From Bacteroidales bacterium (GTDB lineage Bacteria; Bacteroidota; Bacteroidia; Bacteroidales; UBA932): 64,000 bases of DNA. Positions 29,894 to 40,278 of this stretch are shown piece by piece (the stretch's first letter is position 1; each line of letters starts with the position of its first letter). The position numbers and the translations under genes were made by a program. The stretch lies in the NCBI GenBank assembly GCA_017626355.1, contig JAGAIY010000012.1, positions 1,876-65,875 on the forward strand, in the 5' to 3' direction. The notes below the pieces were generated by a model. It had not been told where the DNA came from, did no database searches, and saw only the letters and a program-made list of their open reading frames with translations.

Positions 29894-32392
29894 TTACATG
29901 AATCTTTTGAAGAAGGCGTCCTTCGCCACCGGCCAGTCAGGCTGCTCCCAGACATTGTGTCCTGCCAGAGGGTAGCAGACCCAGGACTTCTCTCCTTTTA
30001 TATGGTTGTATCCGGCGAAGTTCGTATGCGGCGGGCAGACAGGATCCTGAAGGCCTATGGCCATGAGTACCGGACATTCTATCCTGTCGGTGAAGTTCTT
30101 CACGTCGAAATAGCTGAGGGTCCTGTACATTTCCTCCTGAGAGATGCCCTTTGACTCTGCAGCGGCCTCGATAGGATCTCCAGGCCATCCTGCAAGAACG
30201 AAATAATCCTTATAATCATTGAGGAAAGGAGCCGAAGGCGCTATGGCCTTTATACGCGGATCGAGCGAGGCTGCAACCAGAGTAAGCGCTCCTCCCTGAC
30301 TCTCGCCGTTCGCGAACACCCTCGTAAGGTCGGTCTTGTCAAGGGAGCATACAAGATCCACAGCCCTCACTGCATCAGCGAAGGCTCCACGATAATAATA
30401 TGTATCCTTGTCTTCTATTCCCCTTGCGCACCAGTCGTCCTTCTCGCCCGGCTTCCTGTTCAGAGCCTGATTGCGGATGCAGAGAAGGAACTCTATCATC
30501 TGAGGGTTTGAAGAAGGGTCACTGTACCACACATCGCTTCCGTAACCCATGTACGAAATCATTGCAGGATATTTACCCTCAGCGACAGGGACATAGAGAA
30601 GTCCGCTGATGTTCTCGCCTCCGAGAGACTTCATGTCTACGCGATAGGCCTTGCGGACATTGTCGGAATGTTCCTTGAGAAGAGTGAACCTGTAGTCCGG
30701 CGCCGTTGCCGCGAGCTCGGCAAGGGTCCTGTCCCAGAACTCGTCGAAGTCAGGCTGCTTGTCCTGAGGAGAAGCGATCTTCTCAGGAACGCATCCGAGA
30801 TTGGTCCTGGTGAGTTCAGTACGGGTCCCGTCCTCCTCCACGAGATAGAGGACAGCTCTATAGAAACCGGGAACGAGGTCAGCCTCAACGGAAAAGTCTG
30901 CCCCCCCCGAAACGATTTCCACCTTGCGGCGGAAAGTCTCCACCGGCTCTCCGAAGTCTGTGGTCAGTTCAAGCTCGACATCCACAGTGCAGTCCTCAAG
31001 AGCCTTCATTCCGACCTTCACGACATTAGCTCCTTCTGCCGTATAGATGCCGTTATTGTCGAAGATTTCGAACCATGCCTGTGGCTTCAGAGCCTTCACG
31101 ACATTGGCCGAAGCCTCCTTTATTACAGCTATGGTGGAAGCATCACCTGCATATACAGAATTGAGGCCCTGCTGCTCCTGAGCCGGATCACCGCAGTAGT
31201 CGTCACCCTTCTTCCAATATACATTGGTCTCCGACTGGCCTGCAAGACCTCCCCAGCCCCAGAAGTTGATTCCGGCGAAAAGACCGCCTTCCCTTGCAGA
31301 CTCGGCGACTCTTCCAAGCACATGACGGTAATATCCGTCCCTACCCTCGGTCGGAGTGCCCTGAGCGAACTGGAAATTGTCACGAGGGAAACCGAACTCC
31401 TCGAGAACAACAGGCTTTCCGTATTTCTGAGCCACGGCAAGGTGCTCGTCTATGTATGCATCCGTATTGGCTATGGCAACAGGAAGGTTGCTCACAAGAG
31501 TATTCTCACGTACCCAGCTCCAGTTGTAAGGCCAGATATGGATGGTCATGTAGTCGATGTCCGGACATGAATGGATCTTCTCGTAAAGCTCCATGCTGCC
31601 TTCGCATCCCCAGCTTCCTTCGCTGCCTGTAGAGACCATATGGTTAGGATCGAGGGACTTTATAAGAGCCGCAGCCTCCCAGAGCCAGTCTGCAAAGGCC
31701 TGCTGACCTTCTGCGTCCTGCCTGAAGCAGCGCGGTTCATTGCCTATCTGCCATGAAAAGATAGCTGGATCTTCGATGTAAGGCTTTCCGGTCACGGTAT
31801 TCGTACGGGTAACGACATTTCTTACATGGTCGGCATAAAGTTTCTTCGCCTGGTCGCAGGTCACGAACTTTGAAACGAACTCCATGTACTCAGGCCAGCC
31901 GTCCACAGCAGGAACGAGAGCACGGCCCTCACCGGCCCACTCAAGATACATGCCGTAGCCGCCGGACCACTCCCAGGAATTGTTGATGTAAAGGACAGCC
32001 TTCATCCCGCGCTCGCCCATCTCGGCAAGAAGACGGTCAAGACCACGGAAGATGGTATCGTTGTAGACGCCAGGTTCCTTCTGGAGAGTCGGCTCGATAC
32101 GGGTAGGGACTCCATCAGGGCCATCACCGCCGACAAGAACACGTAAATTGATCAGTCCCAAAGACTTGAGTGAATCAAGTTCTGTCTCGAGACGTTCGAT
32201 GTCACCCCCTTCTCCATCTGACGCGAGAATGGCGCCATACCAGAAGTTCGTACCTATGTAGTGGGAAGGATAGTCATCACATGAGAATCTGCCGTCCTCA
32301 ACCTTTACGAAAGACGGCTCGGACGACCGGCAGGAACACAGCAGAGACAATGCTGTTACTGCCAGGAATGACAGCATACGGGTTATTTTCAT
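29894..32392 (-). CDS. GH5_7-like beta-mannanase fused to a CE7 acetyl esterase, lipoprotein
   Basis: N-terminal: GTNFWY, WQIGNEPR, LEEFG, NFWG. C-terminal: YYYRG, GESQGG, SYFD, DPVCPP, GH catalytic triad. Confidence 0.82.
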   Translation of the reverse strand: MKITRMLSFLAVTALSLLCSCRSSEPSFVKVEDGRFSCDDYPSHYIGTNFWYGAILASDGEGGDIERLETELDSLKSLGLINLRVLVGGDGPDGVPTRIEPTLQKEPGVYNDTIFRGLDRLLAEMGERGMKAVLYINNSWEWSGGYGMYLEWAGEGRALVPAVDGWPEYMEFVSKFVTCDQAKKLYADHVRNVVTRTNTVTGKPYIEDPAIFSWQIGNEPRCFRQDAEGQQAFADWLWEAAALIKSLDPNHMVSTGSEGSWGCEGSMELYEKIHSCPDIDYMTIHIWPYNWSWVRENTLVSNLPVAIANTDAYIDEHLAVAQKYGKPVVLEEFGFPRDNFQFAQGTPTEGRDGYYRHVLGRVAESAREGGLFAGINFWGWGGLAGQSETNVYWKKGDDYCGDPAQEQQGLNSVYAGDASTIAVIKEASANVVKALKPQAWFEIFDNNGIYTAEGANVVKVGMKALEDCTVDVELELTTDFGEPVETFRRKVEIVSGGADFSVEADLVPGFYRAVLYLVEEDGTRTELTRTNLGCVPEKIASPQDKQPDFDEFWDRTLAELAATAPDYRFTLLKEHSDNVRKAYRVDMKSLGGENISGLLYVPVAEGKYPAMISYMGYGSDVWYSDPSSNPQMIEFLLCIRNQALNRKPGEKDDWCARGIEDKDTYYYRGAFADAVRAVDLVCSLDKTDLTRVFANGESQGGALTLVAASLDPRIKAIAPSAPFLNDYKDYFVLAGWPGDPIEAAAESKGISQEEMYRTLSYFDVKNFTDRIECPVLMAIGLQDPVCPPHTNFAGYNHIKGEKSWVCYPLAGHNVWEQPDWPVAKDAFFKRFM

Positions 32393-32422
32393 TGTTTAAT
32401 TTTAGCGCTATAATTAATATCA

Positions 32423-32454
32423 CAAATTTACAAAGTCGCCAAAAGTCAAACAAA
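32423..32454 (-). promoter_or_regulatory. PUL promoter (Bacteroidota -7/-33)
   Basis: Minus-strand TAAATTTG at 32423-32430 and TTTG at 32451-32454, 20 bp spacing. Confidence 0.55.
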
Positions 32455-32481
32455 TACAAATTTATCTTATTATGATACTAA

Positions 32482-33360
32482 TTAAACGATAACCTTGTTT
32501 TTCTTGAACATAGCCCTGAAATCACGCGGTGTAAAGCCTTTTTTTGCCTTGAAAGTGCGGTTGAAATTGGACAGATTGTTGAAGCCGCACTCGTAACAGA
32601 TCTCGGACACATTCCTTGTGGAATCCACAAGCATCCTGGCGGCAAAACCAAGACGGATGTCGATTATGTAGTCCGACAAGGTACGTCCTGTCCTGACGCG
32701 GAAGAAACGGCTGAAGGCCACTGGGCTCATACCGACAAGAGCAGCCAGGTCGGAAAGGGTAAGAGGCTTGTTGTAGTTATCGTTTATATACTGCTTAACC
32801 TTCTGAATCCTACGGCTTTCCGTACTTCTTGAAGTATGGGCGAAAGAACTTGACGCAAGGACTCTCGGCTCATCCGAAATGGAAAGTTCATACAGGACAT
32901 AAAGGAATTTCAGGAACTGGACGAACCTGTCCTGCTCGAAGGCGAGGGTGTCGAGAACCGAATACACCTTCATTATTGAAGACATCGGGAAAGAGAGTCC
33001 ATGCTCCGCCCTGCCTAGCATCCTCTTGATCGAGGCAAACTGGTTTCTGGAAAGGAGTTCACCGGAAAATATATCATGGGAGAACTGGATGGTGATCTCA
33101 CGGATGTCCTTCGAGACGCACCTGCCCTGCTCCCAGACATGCTCGAGATTTTCCCCTCCGATCAGAACAAGCTCATAATCAGCAATTTCCTCAACACTGT
33201 CACCTACAATCCTGCGGACTCCGGATCCGTTCTCTATAAAATTCAGCTCAAATTCCTTGTGCTGGTGCAGAGGATAGGTGAATTCCGTCTTGTGACGCTC
33301 CACGATATGGAAGCAGTCCTTCTCGGACAACAGAGGTATTTCGGTAAAGACGCGGCCCAT
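32482..33360 (-). CDS. AraC family regulator (cupin + HTH)
   Basis: PLHQHKEFELN cupin, FSRFF, CGFNNLSNFNR; ATG 33360 preferred, with -7 box at 33388-33395. Confidence 0.9.
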   Translation of the reverse strand: MGRVFTEIPLLSEKDCFHIVERHKTEFTYPLHQHKEFELNFIENGSGVRRIVGDSVEEIADYELVLIGGENLEHVWEQGRCVSKDIREITIQFSHDIFSGELLSRNQFASIKRMLGRAEHGLSFPMSSIMKVYSVLDTLAFEQDRFVQFLKFLYVLYELSISDEPRVLASSSFAHTSRSTESRRIQKVKQYINDNYNKPLTLSDLAALVGMSPVAFSRFFRVRTGRTLSDYIIDIRLGFAARMLVDSTRNVSEICYECGFNNLSNFNRTFKAKKGFTPRDFRAMFKKNKVIV

Positions 33361-33558
33361 TATTACTATCTGAAAGTTAAATTTCTGCAAAAATACGCAA
33401 AATTTCAAATATGATACAATTTTAACAAATATTATAGCGATTTTATCTCTATAATCACCGAAACGCAATATTTGCCTATATTTGTAACCGGAGTTCCGCA
33501 AGCACCACAAACTCTCAGATATCCAACCACATAAGACTTGTGGAACCCGACATAAGAA

Positions 33559-34785
33559 ATGACAGCGAAGGTAAATAAAACAGCAGCCGAATTATTTATG
33601 GCTCAAGCACTTGCAAAGCAGGCAAGACAGGAACTCATCAACAACATCCTTCCTTACTGGACAGAAAGGATGCAGGATCCTTCCGGAGGATTCCACGGAA
33701 GAATCGACGGAAACGACAAGCTTGACACCAAGGCTCCGAAAGGGGCGATCATGAATGCGAGACTCCTGTGGACCTTCGCATCCGCTTACAGGCTGCTGAA
33801 AGGCTCAGCCGAGGCGGAATCCTATCTGGAGATGGCCTTAAGGGCCAAAAGGGAAATCATAGACAGATTCTTCGACCGTGAACTCGGAGGCATATACTGG
33901 TCCCTCAACTCCGACGGCTCCCCTCTCGACACAAAGAAGCAGATCTACGCGATAGCATTCGCCATATACGGTCTTGCCGAACTGAACCGCGCCACCGGTG
34001 ACGGCGAAGCTCTCGAATATGCCATAAAGCTGTTCAATGCCATAGAAGACCACAGTTTCGATACTGTCAAGGACGGATATTTCGAAGCCTTCACAAGAGA
34101 ATGGGAACAGATCGAGGACATGCGTCTGAGCGACAAGGATGCGAACGAGAGCAAGACAATGAACACGCATCTGCATGTGCTTGAGGCATATACCTGCCTT
34201 TACCGCGTCTGGGGAGACTCCCGTCTCAAGGAAAGGCTGCGCGGTCTGATAGAGATCTTCGAAAGGCATATCCTCGGCCCTGACGGACATCTGAAGCTGT
34301 TCTTCGACGACGACTGGAACTGCGGCTACGACACCATTTCCTACGGCCACGACATAGAGGCTTCATGGCTGATTCACGAAGCCGCCCTTGTGCTGGGCGA
34401 ACCTCAGGTGCTCGACCGCGTGGAAAAACTTGTTCCGCGCATAGCTTCGTCAGCTCTCGAAGGATTCACGCAGGAGGGGGGCATGATATACGAAAAACAT
34501 GGCTCCGAAGGCCCTGCAGACGGTGACCGCCACTGGTGGGTGCAGGCAGAGACAGTCGTGGGCTGCTTCAACCTCTGGGATCATTTCGGCGATCCTGCCG
34601 GCCTCGAGAACGCTCTGATGTGCTGGGAATTCATAAAAGGGAACCTTATCGACAAGGAGAACGGGGAATGGTTCTGGAGCCTGCGCGAAGACGGCAGCGT
34701 CAACCGTGAAGACGACAAGGCCGGATTCTGGAAATGTCCTTACCACAACGGCCGCATGTGCATGGAGATCATTGAACGCGTATGA
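33559..34785 (+). CDS. Cellobiose/mannobiose 2-epimerase (AGE family)
   Basis: ARLLWTF, KTMNTHLH, SYGHDIE, WWVQAE, WKCPYHNGR; start could be ATG 33598. Confidence 0.9.
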   Translation: MTAKVNKTAAELFMAQALAKQARQELINNILPYWTERMQDPSGGFHGRIDGNDKLDTKAPKGAIMNARLLWTFASAYRLLKGSAEAESYLEMALRAKREIIDRFFDRELGGIYWSLNSDGSPLDTKKQIYAIAFAIYGLAELNRATGDGEALEYAIKLFNAIEDHSFDTVKDGYFEAFTREWEQIEDMRLSDKDANESKTMNTHLHVLEAYTCLYRVWGDSRLKERLRGLIEIFERHILGPDGHLKLFFDDDWNCGYDTISYGHDIEASWLIHEAALVLGEPQVLDRVEKLVPRIASSALEGFTQEGGMIYEKHGSEGPADGDRHWWVQAETVVGCFNLWDHFGDPAGLENALMCWEFIKGNLIDKENGEWFWSLREDGSVNREDDKAGFWKCPYHNGRMCMEIIERV

Positions 34786-34919
34786 GCCCGCTTTCCCTGA
34801 CCGAAGCGGATGCAAAGCAACCTAATCCGTTGATTACATTGGTGTAGGGATAGAAAGGAGCAAGATGCCGTTCATTGATATGTTCTTCATTCCGCAAGTC
34901 AGGTTGAAGGCCCTTCAAA

Positions 34920-35126
34920 CTATTTGCGGATTATATCCCTTACAAGTACAAAGATCCTCCACAAAGCATAGAGAAAAAGCACCACATAAAGGGCGAAGAA
35001 GCCTTTCTGACCCATTGTATCCAATCCGTTACCGGCATCCTTGACCATCATCAGGACAAGTACTACGGCAAAGCCGAGAAAGACCAGGGCGGTAAGGGCC
35101 TTTACAATCTTATTGTTCATATCCAT
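34920..35126 (-). CDS. Small two-TM hypothetical membrane protein
   Basis: 68 aa ORF with two hydrophobic helices, downstream of secDF. Confidence 0.5.
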   Translation of the reverse strand: MDMNNKIVKALTALVFLGFAVVLVLMMVKDAGNGLDTMGQKGFFALYVVLFLYALWRIFVLVRDIIRK

Positions 35127-35133
35127 CTTGTTT

Positions 35134-35164
35134 AAAAGGCCGACCTTGGAAAAGGCCGGCCTTT
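35134..35164 (-). terminator. Rho-independent terminator of secDF
   Basis: AAAGGCCGACCTT...AAGGCCGGCCTTT hairpin (one G-U pair on the minus strand) ending in a T tract. Confidence 0.65.
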
Positions 35165-35184
35165 ACATTTACCTATATCTGGAA

Positions 35185-38184
35185 TTATTTGCTTGATTTC
35201 TTGTCAGCAACCTTCTTTGTTACGTCGAACATGATAGGGGTTGCGATGAAGATTGAAGCATATGTTCCGACAACGATACCCACGATGAGGGCAACTGCGA
35301 GACCTCTGATCACCTCACCTCCGAAGATCGCGATAGCGAGCATTGTAACGAGAGTTGTGAGTGATGTATTCATTGTACGTGAGAGAGTGCTGTTGAGGGC
35401 CTCGTTCACGTTCTGACGGAAGTCTGCCTTAGGATGGAGCTCCTTGTACTCACGGATACGGTCGAAGATAACCACTGTATCGTTGATTGCGTAACCGATG
35501 ATTGTCAGGATCGCAGCGATGAATGTCTGGTCGATATCAAGGCTGAATGGAAGGATACCTGAGAAGATCGAGAAGAAGCCGATCACGATAAGAGCGGTAT
35601 GTGCAAGACCTGTAACACCACCGAGACCCCAAGTCCAGCCCTTGAATCGTACTGCGATGTAAGCGAAGATCACGAAGAGGGCGATCACCACAGCGATGAT
35701 AGCGTTTCTTGTGATGTCGTTTGCAATTGTAGGACCTACCTTGTCAGAGCTGATGATACCGTTAGGGTTGTCGAGTGTAGATGTGAACTCATCGAATGAA
35801 ATCTCCTTTGCGAAGAAGCCCTTGAGTGCGTTGTAGAGCTTGTTCTCAACCTGAGCATCTGCATCAGTAGACTCATCCTCAACGAGATACTGGGTAGTGA
35901 TCTTCATCTGGCTGTCACCACCGAACTGCTTCACCTCGACAGCACCGTCGAACTCTGCGATAGCGGCAGCACGGACTTCCTCAGCTGTAACATTTGAATC
36001 GAATCTTACTACATAGGTACGACCACCTGTGAAGTCTACACCATAGGTGAAGCCCTTTGTGAACATAGACACGAGTGAAAGAACGATTATGACACCTGAA
36101 ACGATGTAAGCGATCTTCTTCTTGCCGATGAAGTCCACATGAGTATTCTGGAGGAAGTTTCTTGTAAGATTGTTGTCGAATGTGATGTTCTTGCCCTTTA
36201 CAAGTCTGTCATCGAAGATGATTCTTGTGATGAACACAGATGTAAGGATAGAAGTGATGATACCGATGATGAGGGTTGTAGCGAAGCCCTGTACAGGACC
36301 AGAACCGAAGACGAAGAGAACGATACCAGTAAGGAGGGTTGTGATCTGACCGTCGATGATAGCTGAGTAAGCGTTTGCATAACCGTCATGGATAGCCTTG
36401 CCAAGACCCTTGCCTGCACGAAGCTCTTCCTTCACACGCTCGTAGATGATCACGTTGGCATCCACTGCCATACCGAGAGTCAGGACGAGACCGGCGATAC
36501 CAGGGAGAGTGAGGACTGCACCGAATGAAACGAGGGTTCCGAAGAGGAAGAGCACGTTCACAAGAAGTGCGACGTCAGCCACGAGACCGGCACCCTGATA
36601 GAAGAGTACCATATATATAAGTACGAGGCAGAATGCGATGATGAACGAGATGAGACCTGCATTGATGGACTCGGCACCGAGTGAAGGTCCTACGACCTGC
36701 TCCTGGATGATAGTTGCAGGTGCAGGAAGCTTACCTGACTTGAGGACGTTTGCAAGGTCCTCAGACTCCTCTACTGTGAAGTCACCGGTAATCTGTGAGC
36801 TACCGCCTGAAATCTCGCTCTGTACAGTAGGATAAGAATATACCATACCGTCGAGTACGATCGCGATCTGACGTCCGATGTTGTCCTTGGTCATTCTTGC
36901 CCAAGTGTTCGCACCCTCTGCATTCATTGACATTGAAACCTCAGGGCTGCCGTTGTTGCCGTACTGTACACGTGCATCTGTAACGACGCCACCGTCAAGC
37001 GGAGCCTTGCCGTCACGTGAAGTAGCCTTGATTGCAACGAGCTCGAAGATGTTCTCGCCTGCCCACTTTGAAGCCTTCACAGTCCACATTGGCTTGAACT
37101 CAGGTGGGAAGAGGCTCTTGATCTGAGGCATTGAGAAATACTTGTTGATCTTTGCTGTATCAGCATAGTGTGCATATCCGATGCATGCTGTTCCGCGGGC
37201 GCCTGATGGCTGGAGAACAGAGAAGAGAGGGTTCTGCTTCATGATTGCAGCATCTGCCTCTGCCTCGTTCTGCTGAAGCTCCTGAGCAAGCACGTCAGTC
37301 TCCTCTGCCTTCTCCTCAGCTGCAGGAGTCTCCTCCTGTACAGCAAGGATTTCAGCGAGAGCTGCATTTGCCTCAACGAGGAACGGCTCTACCTCAGCTG
37401 CGTCATATGTTGCCCAGAACTCGAGTGAAGCGGTTCCCTGGAGGAGCTTTCTTACACGCTCAGGCTCTTTTACGCCTGGGAGCTCAACGAGGATACGGCC
37501 GCTGTTGCCGAGCTTCTGGATGTTAGGCTGTGTCACACCGAAACGGTCGATACGGTTTCTGAGGACGTTGAATGAGTTTGAGATTGCGCTCTCAGCCTCT
37601 GCTCTGATGACCCCGATAACCTCTGCATCAGTTGACTCAGGGCTGATCTTGTCCCTCATCTCATATGTACCGAACACCTGTGCGAGAGGCATTCCGTTTG
37701 CAGTCTCTTCCCAAGCCTCTGCGAAAAGGGTGATGAAGTCTGCCCTTGAATCCACGCTGCGCTCCTGTGCGAGAGCAAGTGCGCTATTGAACTCAGGAAC
37801 GTTGCTGTCGCCTGCAAGAGCCTTCACGAGGTCCTTGAGCTGCACCTGAAGCATTACGTTCATACCTCCCTTGAGGTCGAGACCGAGGTTGATCTCCTTA
37901 GACTTCACGTCCTTGTAAGTGTATCCGAAATAAACCTTCTCGGATGAGATGGAATCAAGGTAATGTCTGTTCTCCTCCTTACGGATAGAGTCGAGATAGA
38001 AAGCCTTGTCTGCATCTGAAACCTTGGCGAATGCTGCTGACTTCTGAGCTGCCTCAACGGCTGCTTCCGCAAATTTCTCCGCCTTGTTCTCCTGCCTCAT
38101 TGTCACAGCAGTGAACGAAAGCTGCCAGATACATGCGATAGCGAGCAGAATCGCCACAAATCTGATTGCACCTTTACTTTGCAT
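35185..38184 (-). CDS. secDF: Protein translocase subunit SecDF (fused)
   Basis: LGLDLKGG, RIDRFGV, GMAVDANVIIYER, GVDFTGG, GYAINDTVVIFDRIRE. Confidence 0.96.
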   Translation of the reverse strand: MQSKGAIRFVAILLAIACIWQLSFTAVTMRQENKAEKFAEAAVEAAQKSAAFAKVSDADKAFYLDSIRKEENRHYLDSISSEKVYFGYTYKDVKSKEINLGLDLKGGMNVMLQVQLKDLVKALAGDSNVPEFNSALALAQERSVDSRADFITLFAEAWEETANGMPLAQVFGTYEMRDKISPESTDAEVIGVIRAEAESAISNSFNVLRNRIDRFGVTQPNIQKLGNSGRILVELPGVKEPERVRKLLQGTASLEFWATYDAAEVEPFLVEANAALAEILAVQEETPAAEEKAEETDVLAQELQQNEAEADAAIMKQNPLFSVLQPSGARGTACIGYAHYADTAKINKYFSMPQIKSLFPPEFKPMWTVKASKWAGENIFELVAIKATSRDGKAPLDGGVVTDARVQYGNNGSPEVSMSMNAEGANTWARMTKDNIGRQIAIVLDGMVYSYPTVQSEISGGSSQITGDFTVEESEDLANVLKSGKLPAPATIIQEQVVGPSLGAESINAGLISFIIAFCLVLIYMVLFYQGAGLVADVALLVNVLFLFGTLVSFGAVLTLPGIAGLVLTLGMAVDANVIIYERVKEELRAGKGLGKAIHDGYANAYSAIIDGQITTLLTGIVLFVFGSGPVQGFATTLIIGIITSILTSVFITRIIFDDRLVKGKNITFDNNLTRNFLQNTHVDFIGKKKIAYIVSGVIIVLSLVSMFTKGFTYGVDFTGGRTYVVRFDSNVTAEEVRAAAIAEFDGAVEVKQFGGDSQMKITTQYLVEDESTDADAQVENKLYNALKGFFAKEISFDEFTSTLDNPNGIISSDKVGPTIANDITRNAIIAVVIALFVIFAYIAVRFKGWTWGLGGVTGLAHTALIVIGFFSIFSGILPFSLDIDQTFIAAILTIIGYAINDTVVIFDRIREYKELHPKADFRQNVNEALNSTLSRTMNTSLTTLVTMLAIAIFGGEVIRGLAVALIVGIVVGTYASIFIATPIMFDVTKKVADKKSSK

Positions 38185-38344
38185 AATAAATTATAGTTTA
38201 ATTGTTATTTGTTTGCATACCAATCGCAAAATAGGGCACAAAATTACAATTTTTTTCTTATAAATGAAGAAACTGCACTGATTTATCGACGGTTTCTGCA
38301 AATAATTGCTATTTTTGTAGGCTGAACAGACCACATATAACGAA

Positions 38345-40252
38345 ATGAAGAGGATAGGATCCTTCCATAATATATTATTGACGGCAGTCCTGATGTGCCT
38401 TGCCGTCAGCCTTGACGCACAACAGCAGCAGAAGATAGACAGCCTCATTCTGCAGGGTGACCTTCTGCGCTCCGGCTACAGGTTCGACCAGTCGATCGAC
38501 ACCTATTACGAAGCGATGGACATTGCCGAAGACTCCACGTTCATGCTGACGGATTCGCTTCAGAGGATGAAGATCAGCGACAGGATCCTCCTTTCCGAGA
38601 ACGGAAAGAACATGGCAGCGTTTGCAGGAAAGCCTGTCGTAGTGGCAAAGCACAGATTCCCTGTCAAGGACTTCTACCTTTATTATCCCCTTCCCGACAA
38701 GAGCTGGCGCAAGACCCCGAACCAGCTCGACACCCTGCCAGAATCACGTTTCCGCCAGGCCCTCTATGCGCCTGAAAACGCTTCTCAGATATATTATTCC
38801 GCACAGGATGCAGATGGAATCGGAAACATATACATGACGGAACGTCAGGATACGGCATGGACCTACCCTGCCCTCCTCAACGAGAATGTAACCTCCGCGT
38901 CCAACGAAATCTACCCTATGCTCTCCCCTGACGGGAAATCGCTGTATTTCGCTTCAGAGGGGCTTTACGGTGTCGGAGGATACGACCTTTATGTATCCGA
39001 ATGGGATCAGGAGAACAACGAATGGTCAGCTCCGGTCAACATGGGCTTCCCCTACTCTTCGCCGGCAGACGACTTCCTTTTCGTCAACACTCCTGACGGC
39101 GAACACACCATATTCGCATCGAACAGAGACTGCCCGGCCGACAGTGTCTGGGTCTATGTCCTCGAATTCGACAGCATGCCGGTAAGACACGCCGTAGAGG
39201 ATCCGGAAGAACTTATGGAGCTTGCCTCCCTTGACCCAGTCGATGCCAAGGAAAGGATGGGAGGAGCTGCCGCCATAAATACGGACATACCGGAAAATAT
39301 TGATATTCAGAGGTATCTGGACAAGATGACAGAAGTGAGAATCCTCAGGGATTCCATTTCACGACAGGGCATACTTCTGGATGAAGACCGCAACCGTTTC
39401 GCCATGAGCGAGGATGACAGGGAGAGAAGCAGGCTCACAAGCGAGATTCTGCGCAGAGAGTCGGCGATTCCGAAACTTCAGGATTCGCTCGACAGGGCAT
39501 CCGCACAGCTGCAGAAGATAGAGATGGAGTTTCTTTTCAGCGGAGTGGTCATCGATCCGGACAAGGTCATGGCTGCAGCTGACAGGGAGGTCGTAGGAGA
39601 AGCTACGAGCTATACATTCACGAAGATGTCCTTGGGAGACAGGCTTGAACTCAAGCTGATGGATCCTCCTGTGGTGTTCGACTACACGTTCAAGATACTT
39701 CCGGAGGGACAGTTCGCCCTCGACAACACCATTCCTGACGGCATCGTGTACCAGATACAGATATTCTCTTCGGGCGTAAAAGCCACAGTAAAGTCACTCA
39801 AGGGACTGAGTCCGGTATTCGAACGAAAGAACGCAAGCGGCAATTATATCTACAGAGTCGGACTCTTCAATTCATACAAGGATGTCCTGTCACGCCTCAA
39901 TCAGGTAAAGAGGGCCGGTTTCAGAAGCGCTTTCATAGTTGCATACATCGACGGACAGGAAGTATCAGTTTCAAAGGCACGCACACAGGAGACTCAGAAA
40001 AGCAAGTCATCCGACCTTTACGAGGTAAGGGTGATACCGACCTCGGGCGAGCTTGACGGAGCCATGACCGAAGGTATCAACCAGCAGTCCGGAGGCAAGG
40101 ATATAGCTAAGATAGAGGAAGAAGAAGGTGTGACATACATTATCGGCCCGTATGCCGGCAAGAGCGAGGCTGAGAAACTTGCAGAATTCATCAGGGCCAT
40201 GGGCATAGGTGAGGTAACCTGCAACGCAGTAGCCTCCGGCAGCAGGAATTGA
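38345..40252 (+). CDS. Exported PD40 (WD40-like) repeat and SPOR-like domain protein
   Basis: Signal peptide; PMLSPDGKSLYFAS, GGYDLY, NMGFPYSS PD40 motifs; YQIQI..YRVG..AFIVAY SPOR-like. Confidence 0.65.
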   Translation: MKRIGSFHNILLTAVLMCLAVSLDAQQQQKIDSLILQGDLLRSGYRFDQSIDTYYEAMDIAEDSTFMLTDSLQRMKISDRILLSENGKNMAAFAGKPVVVAKHRFPVKDFYLYYPLPDKSWRKTPNQLDTLPESRFRQALYAPENASQIYYSAQDADGIGNIYMTERQDTAWTYPALLNENVTSASNEIYPMLSPDGKSLYFASEGLYGVGGYDLYVSEWDQENNEWSAPVNMGFPYSSPADDFLFVNTPDGEHTIFASNRDCPADSVWVYVLEFDSMPVRHAVEDPEELMELASLDPVDAKERMGGAAAINTDIPENIDIQRYLDKMTEVRILRDSISRQGILLDEDRNRFAMSEDDRERSRLTSEILRRESAIPKLQDSLDRASAQLQKIEMEFLFSGVVIDPDKVMAAADREVVGEATSYTFTKMSLGDRLELKLMDPPVVFDYTFKILPEGQFALDNTIPDGIVYQIQIFSSGVKATVKSLKGLSPVFERKNASGNYIYRVGLFNSYKDVLSRLNQVKRAGFRSAFIVAYIDGQEVSVSKARTQETQKSKSSDLYEVRVIPTSGELDGAMTEGINQQSGGKDIAKIEEEEGVTYIIGPYAGKSEAEKLAEFIRAMGIGEVTCNAVASGSRN

Positions 40253-40278
40253 GACATTTAATATAACGGACTATACAG

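Noticed and set aside
33361-33510. 50-aa N-terminal extension of AraC; likewise extended starts for cdaA, mutS2, GH29, GH26, GH43, dnaE and thiL
   Set aside because: The extensions run through AT-rich promoter DNA containing TAnnTTTG boxes or into the neighbouring gene; downstream ATGs give sensible N-termini.
33485-33597. Short repeats (ACCACA, ACATAAGA) and a CCACA/TGTGG stem in the epimerase leader as a riboswitch or AraC site
   Set aside because: Too short to distinguish from chance, and no known riboswitch consensus was recognised.
34786-34919. Possible ncRNA between the epimerase and the small membrane gene
   Set aside because: Only a 6-bp CCGCTT/AAGCGG stem; no promoter or recognisable family.
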